This document shows, one piece after another, positions 17,169 to 24,552 of a DNA stretch of 33,245 bases (positions are counted from its first letter, which is position 1; the number at the start of each line of letters is the position of its first letter). The position numbers were made by a program, and so were the translations under genes. This DNA is from Gemmatimonadales bacterium (lineage in GTDB: Bacteria > Gemmatimonadota > Gemmatimonadetes > Gemmatimonadales > GWC2-71-9). The stretch spans positions 1-33,245 of the forward strand of contig DATGDE010000149.1 in assembly GCA_035311125.1 (NCBI GenBank), written 5' to 3'. The notes under the pieces are model-generated. The model had not been told where the DNA came from. It did not search any database and saw only the letters and a list, made by a program, of their open reading frames with translations.

Positions 17169-17172
17169 TACG

Positions 17173-18228
17173 TCATTTCACCACCACCACGCCCTTCATG
17201 AACGGGTGCGGCGTACAGTGATAGGTGTACGTCCCGGGCCGGTCGAAGCGGTGGACGTACGCGTTGCCCGGGTTGATCAGCTCGGAGCCGTGTTCCCCGC
17301 CGTCGAACGTGATCGTGTGGCCCAGCGGGTCGGCGTTGTTCCAGCGCACCGCCTGGCCGGCGGTGACGACGATCGTGTCTTGGGGGAACTTCATGGCGCT
17401 GATCGTGATCGTGGCGCCCACCGGGGCGTTCGCGTCGCCCGCGACGGCGGCGGTGGCGCTCTTGTGGAACCAGGCGCCGAAGCGGGACAGGTGCAGCGGG
17501 ATGGTGAACTCGAAGCCGTAGATCGGCTTGTTGAGTGCCGTGGGGATCGGGCCCTTGTGGGAGCTGCCCTCGATCGTATTCACGTCCACGTTGCTGGCCT
17601 GCAGCGAGAACGTATGGGGAGAGTTGGGAATCGCGAACACGAGTCCCACGCTCCAGGCGGCGCTTTCCCCGGGGCGCGTGGCCAGCAGAGAGGCCACGTC
17701 CCCGCTCAGGCCGACATAGGAATTGAGCCGCACGACCGCGCCGCCGGCGAGCGCCACCCGAGCCGTGTCGAGCCCGTACGCCTTGCTCATGCCACGCACG
17801 GCGCCGAGCAGCGTGAGCGGTCCTGTAGTCCAGTCGAGTCCGACTTCGCCGTCCAGGCCCTTCGACGCGGTGTTGTAGGCGGGCGTGAGCGCGAAGGTCA
17901 CCGGATGCGACCCTCCGAACCGGCGTTGCCAGCGGGCGTACAGCTCGGTCTCGTTGGTGCCGCTCCCGGTCTGGGCGTCGGCATGGGTTGCGTAGCGCAG
18001 TCCCAGACCGAGGTGCGCGGGCAGCCCCACGGCGAGGGTGAACGTGGGGAAGTTGATGACCGAGTGCGCCGGAGCCCCGGAGACGTAAAAGCGATGGAGG
18101 AAGTTGAACTGCACGACGCCGGGCTCGGGTACCCAGGTGCCGCTCAGGTTCGGTGAGCGGAACAACAACGACTGGGCGGACACGGGCGCGGCGAGGAGAG
18201 CGAGGGTACCGACGAGGAGGCGACGCAT
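17173..18228 (-). CDS. Secreted protein: N-terminal beta-barrel-like domain fused to a C-terminal amicyanin-type cupredoxin
   Basis: 351-aa ORF with a signal peptide (MRRLLVGTLALLAAPVSAQS). The C-terminus, GTYTYHCTPHPFMKGVVVVK, carries the C-x2-H-x2-M type-1 copper loop. The upstream His ligand candidate is in DPLGHTITF. Confidence 0.8.
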   Translation of the reverse strand: MRRLLVGTLALLAAPVSAQSLLFRSPNLSGTWVPEPGVVQFNFLHRFYVSGAPAHSVINFPTFTLAVGLPAHLGLGLRYATHADAQTGSGTNETELYARWQRRFGGSHPVTFALTPAYNTASKGLDGEVGLDWTTGPLTLLGAVRGMSKAYGLDTARVALAGGAVVRLNSYVGLSGDVASLLATRPGESAAWSVGLVFAIPNSPHTFSLQASNVDVNTIEGSSHKGPIPTALNKPIYGFEFTIPLHLSRFGAWFHKSATAAVAGDANAPVGATITISAMKFPQDTIVVTAGQAVRWNNADPLGHTITFDGGEHGSELINPGNAYVHRFDRPGTYTYHCTPHPFMKGVVVVK

Positions 18229-18261
18229 GGGGACTCCCGGAGTGGATGGCCAAATCTAGTG

Positions 18262-18289
18262 CGGAATGCCCGATGCAGAATGTGGAATG
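18262..18289. promoter_or_regulatory. Four tandem heptamers NNGAATG in the AT-richer upstream region of the cupredoxin gene
   Basis: The units are CGGAATG CCCGATG CAGAATG TGGAATG, 34-61 nt upstream of the ATG at 18228. A TAGATT-like -10 candidate lies on the minus strand at 18254-18259. Confidence 0.35.
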
Positions 18290-18318
18290 TCAGGGTGGGG
18301 TCCGGCGAGCGCAGGCCC

Positions 18319-18825
18319 CTATCGCCACTCCCCCACCCAGCGGTCGTACGGCACCGGCGTGACGCCGCCCTGGACCAGGACCTCGATACCGGACGGATCG
18401 CGGTACGCCTTTCTATAGAAGACGTGCGTCACTCCGGAATTGATCATCAGCTTGGCGCACATGACGCAGGGGGAGGCGCTCACGAATACGACCTTGTCGC
18501 GCACGCTGCCGGGCGCCTTCACGAGGGCGTTCATCTCGGAGTGGATGCACCCGCAGCTCCCCGGCACCGCGCTGTCGCAGCGGTTGGCGAGCCCCTTGGC
18601 GTTGCCGTTATACCCGATCGCCAGGACGTTCTCCAGCAGCTGATCGGTGACGACGGTGCCGACCTGAAGGCGCTGGCAGGTGGAGCGCTTGGCCAGCTCC
18701 TCGGCCATCCGCATGTACACCTCGTAGAGCGGGATCCGCTCGACGGGCGGCGCCGCGCCGCCGCCGTCGGGCAGCAGATTGAGACGATGCGTATTGGCGG
18801 CGACGCCGTCCTTAGGCCGGCTCAT
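18319..18825 (-). CDS. Deoxycytidylate (dCMP) deaminase
   Basis: I place the start at the internal ATG 18825, giving a 168-aa product. Zinc motifs: CIHSEMNA and PCVMCAKL. Confidence 0.85.
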   Translation of the reverse strand: MSRPKDGVAANTHRLNLLPDGGGAAPPVERIPLYEVYMRMAEELAKRSTCQRLQVGTVVTDQLLENVLAIGYNGNAKGLANRCDSAVPGSCGCIHSEMNALVKAPGSVRDKVVFVSASPCVMCAKLMINSGVTHVFYRKAYRDPSGIEVLVQGGVTPVPYDRWVGEWR

Positions 18826-19396
18826 GGACCTCCCGATCGGGGTCGTAGGGATCGTACTTGCCGCGCGCGCGTTGCTGCGCGAGCCAGGTGTCGAATCCCG
18901 AGGCGACGAGGCCGTTGGAGCGCTCCTGCCGCTCCGCGGCGCGCTGGGCGAGGTAGTTGGCGTACTCGTTCTTCGGGTGATCGGCGTGCCCCCGCACCCA
19001 CTTCCACTCGACGGCATGGGCGGCGGTGGCCTGGTCGAGCTTCTGCCACAGCTCGAGGTTCTCGATCGGGCCGGTCTTCCGCTTCCAGCCGCGCGCCTTC
19101 CACCCCGGCAGCCACTCCCGCATTCCCTTCACCAGGTATTCGGAGTCGGAGACGTACGTGACCTGTGCGTGCTGCCACTGGCGCCGGATCCATTCGAGCG
19201 CGGCGATGGCGCCGGCCAGCGCCATGCGATTGTTGGTCGTCTGCGGGGAGCACTCGTAGAAATCCCAGCGGGCGACGCTGTCGCCGGCCGGCGCCTCGAC
19301 CAGCGCCGCGTTGCCGCCGGGACTCGGCTTGGTGCGGTCGTTGCCGAGGCAGCTCTCGTCGGCATGGACGAGCACCGGTATCGCGGGCGACGCCAT
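18812..19396 (-). CDS. rnhA: Ribonuclease HI
   Basis: I place the start at the internal ATG 19396, which overlaps the upstream TGA (ATGA). Product is 194 aa. Motifs: VHADESCLGN, TNNRMALAGAIAAL, SDSEYLV, WKWVRGHADHPKNEYAN. Confidence 0.9.
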   Translation of the reverse strand: MASPAIPVLVHADESCLGNDRTKPSPGGNAALVEAPAGDSVARWDFYECSPQTTNNRMALAGAIAALEWIRRQWQHAQVTYVSDSEYLVKGMREWLPGWKARGWKRKTGPIENLELWQKLDQATAAHAVEWKWVRGHADHPKNEYANYLAQRAAERQERSNGLVASGFDTWLAQQRARGKYDPYDPDREVHEPA

Positions 19397-20145
19397 CAGG
19401 GTTGGATGGCGACCGGGAGGTCGGTGTGCAGCAGGATCTCCTCGGTATGGGAGGCGACGCTCGGCCGCCGCTCGCCGAGGCCGCGCTCCACGTGCGCCCC
19501 CGCGAACAGCGCGTCGGCGTGGACCTCGCGCACCAAACGCGCGATCACCTCGGCCGCCGACCCCTCCGCGAGATGCGTCTGGAACTGCACGCCCAGCAGC
19601 GACAGCTCCGCCTCGGCCTGGCCCGCGACCAACGTTCCCTCGTTCCGGTCGCGATACGCGTGAATCACGTGCACCGTGCTGCCCGCGACGCTCGCGAACC
19701 GGGCCGCGAGCTCGAGCGCGCGGCGGTTGCGTCCGTCGAACGCCACGGCGCAGGCGCGCATGGGCGATGCCGCTCCGCCGCACACGATCACCGGGTGCTC
19801 GACTAGCCGGATGAGAGACGCCGCGGTGCTGCCGATGGCGCCCGCCCCGGCCCGCTCGGTATGGAGTCCCCGCCGGCCCACCAGCGCGGCGTCGACCTGG
19901 TCCGCGAGCTCGGCCAGGTTGACGTCGGGCGCCCCCTGTCGCTCCACCGCCTCGACCTCGAGACCCCCCGCCTGCACGCGGAACCGTGCCCGCTCGAGCA
20001 GCGTCGCCGCGGCATCCTTGTCGTCCTCCGCGACGACGGCGACGACGATCACCGAGTGAAAGCGCCGCGCCAGAATGATCGCCTGTTCCAGGGCCGCATC
20101 GGCGTGCGGACTCCCATCCAGGCCGACCAGCAGGCGCGTGAACAT
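19396..20145 (-). CDS. Universal stress protein (tandem Usp domains)
   Basis: 249-aa ORF starting MFTRLLVGLDGSPHADAAL. A second Usp-like half is also present. Confidence 0.8.
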   Translation of the reverse strand: MFTRLLVGLDGSPHADAALEQAIILARRFHSVIVVAVVAEDDKDAAATLLERARFRVQAGGLEVEAVERQGAPDVNLAELADQVDAALVGRRGLHTERAGAGAIGSTAASLIRLVEHPVIVCGGAASPMRACAVAFDGRNRRALELAARFASVAGSTVHVIHAYRDRNEGTLVAGQAEAELSLLGVQFQTHLAEGSAAEVIARLVREVHADALFAGAHVERGLGERRPSVASHTEEILLHTDLPVAIQP

Positions 20146-20164
20146 CAGGCGGCGGGCAGCGTGC

Positions 20165-20401
20165 TCACGGCAGCACCGCGAAGGTTTCGAGATCGCGCAG
20201 CCGGAAGCTGAGGAGCTCTCCGGTCATGGGCAGCCGGGCCTGCAGCGTCTCCTCGCGGTCCGCCACGTCCAGCCGCTCGGCCACGACGACGTACTCGGTG
20301 CCGCGTCGCGACAACGCCACCCGGCGCCGCTCGCGCACGGCGCGCTCCAGGGCATCCAGCGCGTCGGGGGTGAGCGACCGGTATTCAGGGATGACGCCCA
20401 T
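20165..20401 (-). CDS. Small hypothetical protein
   Basis: 78-aa ORF with high GC3. It starts 9 nt downstream of the selD stop. I recognise no motif. Confidence 0.45.
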   Translation of the reverse strand: MGVIPEYRSLTPDALDALERAVRERRRVALSRRGTEYVVVAERLDVADREETLQARLPMTGELLSFRLRDLETFAVLP

Positions 20402-20410
20402 GGGGGAGAT

Positions 20411-21457
20411 TTAACGGACGACGATGGTTCCCGCTTGCTCGGCTCCGGCCAGTATCCGGCCGATCACCGCCGCCGGCGGCCGGCCCTCCCGCTCGAGCGC
20501 CTCCTGGAACCGGGGCACGCGCTCCGCCGGCAGGGCGATCAGCAACCCGCCGGAGGTCTGCGCGTCGGCGAGCAACAGCCGGTCCGGCTTGCCGGTGCTC
20601 TCGGGGAACCGCACTACCGCCGCCAGGCTCTCGAGGTTCCGGGTGCTGCCCCCGGGCACCGCGCCCTTGGCGAGCATCTCGCGGGTGTGCGGCAGCAGGG
20701 GGACCCGCGCCGCCTCGACTTCGGCGGCCACGCCGCTCGCGTCGAGCATGTTCCGCAGGTGGCCCAGCAGGCCGAACCCCGTCACGTCGGTCGCGGCGTG
20801 CACGCCGGTGGCGAGCATGGCGCGAGCCGCAGCGGCGTTCAGGGTGGTCATGGACTCGACCGCCTCGACCAGGGCGGATGCCGGGAGCAGATCGCGCTTC
20901 AGCGCGGTCGTGAGGATTCCCGTCCCGATCGGCTTGGTGAGGACGAGCGCATCTCCCGGCATCGCACCCCGGATCGTCACCACGCGCTCGGGATGCACCT
21001 CCCCGATCACGACCATCCCGTACTTGGGCTCGGGGTCGTCCACCGAATGCCCCCCGACGACGAACGCGCCCGCCGCCCGCGCCACGTCGGCGCCGCCGCG
21101 CAGCACGTCGCCCAGCAGTTCGAGCGGCAGGTGCTCGCGCGGCCAGCCGACGACGTTCAGGGCGAAGAGCGGCGCCGCTCCCATCGCGTACACATCCGAG
21201 AACGCATTGGTCGCGGCAATGCGGCCGAAGTCGTACGCGTCGTCGACGATGGGCGTGAAGAAGTCCACGGTCGCCACCAGGGCGCGGTCCGGCGCCACCT
21301 GAAACACGGCGGCGTCGTCCCGGCTCGCGGCGTCGACCAGGATCCGGGGATCCGTTGGCAGCGGCACGTGACGCAAGACCTGCGTCAGCTCGGACGGACC
21401 GAGCTTGCAGGCTCAGCCGGCGCCGTGCGAGAATGCCGTCAGTCGGACGGTGGTCAT
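20411..21457 (-). CDS. selD: Selenide, water dikinase (selenophosphate synthetase), selenocysteine-containing
   Basis: Track ORF 20411..21376 extends in frame through TGA 21413-21415 to ATG 21457. This gives MTTVRLTAFSHGAG-U-ACKLGPSELTQVL, which aligns with the SelD N-terminal GxG(C/U)xCK active-site loop. Product is 348 aa. Confidence 0.85.
21379..21411 (-). promoter_or_regulatory. SECIS-like stem-loop immediately 3' of the selD UGA
   Basis: Minus-strand RNA reads CCUGC-A-AGCUCGG-UCCGU-CCGAGCU-GAC-GCAGG. It forms 7-bp and 5-bp helices and begins 1 nt after the UGA. Confidence 0.6.
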
Positions 21458-21480
21458 GGGAGGCGAAATATCGAGGGGGC

Positions 21481-21544
21481 GGAAGAAGGCGGAAGAAGGC
21501 GGACGAAGGCGGACACCGTCCGCCTTTGTCCGCCCTTGTCCGCC
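21481..21544. repeat. Intergenic palindrome with decamer-periodic arms
   Basis: The sequence is GGAAGAAGGC GGAAGAAGGC GGACGAAGGC GGACACCGTC CGCCTTTGTC CGCCCTTGTC CGCC. The core hairpin is AAGGCGGAC-ACC-GTCCGCCTT and extends to about 28 imperfect bp. Confidence 0.75.
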
Positions 21545-22332
21545 TAGCCTTGCTGCGCGACCAGCAATGCCCGCAGCCCGATCAGCGCCCGTTCCTCGTG
21601 CGGCGGGCTGTCGAAGCTACCGTCGGGCCGCTGCAGCGCGACCAGCGCCGGGATCGCCCGCGTGATCACTTCGCGTGCCGGGCGGATGCCAGCGAGCAGC
21701 AGCGACTCGAGCATGTGGAAGAGGTTGGCGTCTCCCCAGGTGCCGTCGGGACGCTGTGCCGCGCCGATGCGCTCGACGCACGATTCGAGGCGGTCGTGAT
21801 AGGGAACCGGCGACACGGCGACCACGCCCAGCGCGCTGGCGGCGAGCTCGTCGTGGACCGTGGGCCAGAGGCTGAGCACGCGCTCCAGGCGGCGCAGCAC
21901 GCGCGGCCGCGCGTCCTGGCGCGCCCGCAACAACACGCGCAAGCCGAGGCACTCCGCCGCGAACGTGGCGCCGGCCTCGTTCGTGAGGACCGTTCCGTTG
22001 GGCAGCGCCAGGGGAGTCGGAGCCGGGGCCGGCGGCGGGGATTCGAGGAATGCCAGGACCCACGAGATGAGGCGCGACAGGCTGCCCTGCAATGCATCGA
22101 AGCCGAGGTCCATCATCTCCCATGCGGCCCAAGCCGTTGTGACCAATGACCCGCCGATCGAGCCGTCCATCTTGCTGCGGGCACGGTGCTCGATGCACAA
22201 CAGCTCGGCGAGGCGCTCGTCCTCGGGCTTCGGAATGCCCAGCATGCGCCGGGCGATGACGCCGGGACGGGTGTCCAGAGGGGAAAAGAGACGTTCCAGG
22301 CGGACGGTCGCCTGTTGCAGGGAAGTCGTCAT
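21544..22332 (-). CDS. Prenyltransferase / squalene-cyclase-repeat-like (alpha-alpha toroid) protein
   Basis: I place the start at the internal ATG 22332, 4 nt after GGAGG, giving a 262-aa product. Two QRPDG(T/S)(W/F) repeat motifs are present. Confidence 0.55.
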   Translation of the reverse strand: MTTSLQQATVRLERLFSPLDTRPGVIARRMLGIPKPEDERLAELLCIEHRARSKMDGSIGGSLVTTAWAAWEMMDLGFDALQGSLSRLISWVLAFLESPPPAPAPTPLALPNGTVLTNEAGATFAAECLGLRVLLRARQDARPRVLRRLERVLSLWPTVHDELAASALGVVAVSPVPYHDRLESCVERIGAAQRPDGTWGDANLFHMLESLLLAGIRPAREVITRAIPALVALQRPDGSFDSPPHEERALIGLRALLVAQQG

Positions 22333-22486
22333 GGAGCCTCCACATCCGGAGGTGTACACGGAGCTGCCGATAGCCGGGACTGCGACGGGAGGCGGGCGGC
22401 TCAAGGGCTCTGGCTTGCCGCGCGATCTCTGCTGCCTTGTAGCCCCCGGTCCGTGAAATGTTCCCGCGTGGTATCCGCGGTCCACC

Positions 22487-22822
22487 TCACCCCAGGAGCC
22501 AGGCCAGCAGCGCCCCGGCGCCCACGTAGCGCACCATCGTGAGCCCGACGGACAAGTATGACGGCCGCGTCGGCACCCGGGTGGCGAGCATGCCCACCAG
22601 CCCGAAGAGCAGCCACCATTGGCCGTGTCCGAGGCTGTCGAACCACAGCGAGCCGAACAGCGTCACGAGCAGCGCCTCCACCGCCAGCGCGAGCAGGACC
22701 GGGGTGGTCACCGGGGAATTGGCCACGACGCCCCCGCCGATGATCCGATTGGTGGCCCAGCCCGCGACGCAGAACCAGGCGGCGACCGGCAGCCAGGCGA
22801 ACAGCAGCCGCCCGAGGGTCAT
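22487..22822 (-). CDS. Small integral membrane protein
   Basis: 111 aa from ATG 22822, which overlaps the upstream TGA (ATGA). It has three to four hydrophobic segments. Confidence 0.6.
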   Translation of the reverse strand: MTLGRLLFAWLPVAAWFCVAGWATNRIIGGGVVANSPVTTPVLLALAVEALLVTLFGSLWFDSLGHGQWWLLFGLVGMLATRVPTRPSYLSVGLTMVRYVGAGALLAWLLG

Positions 22823-24552
22823 CGCGCGCCGGGTGGAACGTACCCGGGTCCGCGCAGACCGCGCCCCGGCCGGGCGGCCGTGAGTTGCCCCCGTTTCAGG
22901 ACGGTCTGTCCGTTGACGAGCACGTACTCGATGCCCACCGAGGTCTGGTGCGGCTGCTCGAACGTCGCGCGGTCCGCCACGGTCGCCGGGTCGAACACCG
23001 TGACATCGGCGAACATGCCGGGGCGCAGCAGGCCGCGGTCGAGGAGCCCGACTCGCTGCGCCGCGAGCGAGGTCATCTTGCGCACGGCGAACTCGAGCGA
23101 CATCAACCCCGAGTCGCGGACGTAGCGGCCGAGAATGCGGGGGAAGGTGCCGTACGCACGGGGGTGCGCCGATTGCGCGCCCAGCGGCCCGTCCGGCGCC
23201 ACGCCGCCGAAGTCGGTGTTGACCGCCACCCACCAGGTCTTCATCGCCGCCTGCACGTCGGGCTCGCTCATCACGAAGTACACGGCGTCGGTGCGATGCG
23301 GACCTTCCGCCAGGAGAATGTCGAAGATGGTCTCGATCGGGTCGCGGTGCCGCGCGGCCGCGATCTCGCTGATGCGCTTTCCCTGGAGGTCGTGGAGCGA
23401 GTCCTCAAAGACGCCCGTGATCAGGATCCCGGTCGCGCCACCGGCCTCGTTGTAGAACCCCTCGATCCCGCCCGCGGGGCGGATCATCTCCCCGTGGATG
23501 CGCGCGCGCATGGCCGGATCGCGGAGTCGCGCCAGGAGCGAATCGAGGCCGCCACTCTCGGCCCACGTGGGCAGGCTCGCGTCGAGCGAGGTGGCCGCGG
23601 CGATGTAGGGATACTGGTCGGCGGTGACGTCGAGGCCCGCCCGCCGGGCGGAATCGATCCGCGCCAGGACCGCTGGCATGCGGCCCCAGCTGCGGCGTCC
23701 CGCGACCTTCAGGTGGGAGATCTCGGCGGGGATGTCGGCCTCGCGCGCGATCCGGAACACCTCGTCCAGGGCCTGGTCGATCTGGCTCCCTTCGTTGCGC
23801 ATGTGGGAGGCATAGATGCCGCCGTGACGTCGCGCCGCGCGCGCGAGGGCGATCAGCTCGTCGGTGGTGGAATAGCTCGCCGGCGCGTATTCGAGCGCCG
23901 ACCACACGCCCAGCGCGCCCTGCTGCATCGCCGTGTCCACCAGCGCCGCCATGTGGGCCAGCTCCGCAGCCGTGGGCTGGCGATTCTCGCTGCCGATCGC
24001 GGCGAGCCGCACCTGGGTGGCGCCGACGAACGTCGCGATGTTGACGGTGGAGCCGTTGCGCGCGAGCTGGGCGAAATAGCCGTCGAGGTCGCGCCAGTCT
24101 TCCCGGTAGTGGTACTTGCGCATGGCGTCCGAGTCGAGCGCCACCAGCGCATCGGTGAGCGGGGCGACCGATCCCCCCTCACCCGTCACCTCGGTGGTCA
24201 CGCCCTGGGTGACCTTGCTCAGCACGCGATTGTCGATCAGGACATTGATCTCGGATTGGCCCATCATGTCGATGAACCCGGGGGCGACGATCAGTCCCGA
24301 CACGTCGAGCGTCTCGCGCGCGACGGCGCCGGGCAGCCGGCCCAGCGCGGCGATGCGATCGCCGCGAATCGCGACGTCGCCGCGCCAGCGGGGATTGCCG
24401 CTCCCGTCCACCACCCACCCGTTCTTCAACAGCACGTCGTAAACCGGCCCGCCGCCCGGACGCAGCGCGGCCCGGCCGCCGCGGTCGGCGGGACGATCGC
24501 AGGCGACCCCGAGCGCCAGGACGGCGATGGCCAGGCGTCTCACTTGCTCCAT
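22819..24552 (-). CDS. N-acyl-D-amino-acid deacylase (D-aminoacylase) family amidohydrolase, secreted or lipoprotein
   Basis: 577-aa ORF with a signal peptide (LAIAVLALGVAC). Typical family layout: LLKNGWVVDGSGNP...IAPGFIDMMGQSE...ISHLKV. Confidence 0.8.
   Translation of the reverse strand: MEQVRRLAIAVLALGVACDRPADRGGRAALRPGGGPVYDVLLKNGWVVDGSGNPRWRGDVAIRGDRIAALGRLPGAVARETLDVSGLIVAPGFIDMMGQSEINVLIDNRVLSKVTQGVTTEVTGEGGSVAPLTDALVALDSDAMRKYHYREDWRDLDGYFAQLARNGSTVNIATFVGATQVRLAAIGSENRQPTAAELAHMAALVDTAMQQGALGVWSALEYAPASYSTTDELIALARAARRHGGIYASHMRNEGSQIDQALDEVFRIAREADIPAEISHLKVAGRRSWGRMPAVLARIDSARRAGLDVTADQYPYIAAATSLDASLPTWAESGGLDSLLARLRDPAMRARIHGEMIRPAGGIEGFYNEAGGATGILITGVFEDSLHDLQGKRISEIAAARHRDPIETIFDILLAEGPHRTDAVYFVMSEPDVQAAMKTWWVAVNTDFGGVAPDGPLGAQSAHPRAYGTFPRILGRYVRDSGLMSLEFAVRKMTSLAAQRVGLLDRGLLRPGMFADVTVFDPATVADRATFEQPHQTSVGIEYVLVNGQTVLKRGQLTAARPGRGLRGPGYVPPGAR

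Noticed and set aside
22337-22352. An anti-SD/SD hairpin (CCUCCG-GAUG-UGGAGG) that could mask the RBS of the 21544..22332 gene.
   Set aside because: The stem is only 5-6 bp. This is easily a chance occurrence in GC-rich DNA, and there is no supporting conservation evidence.
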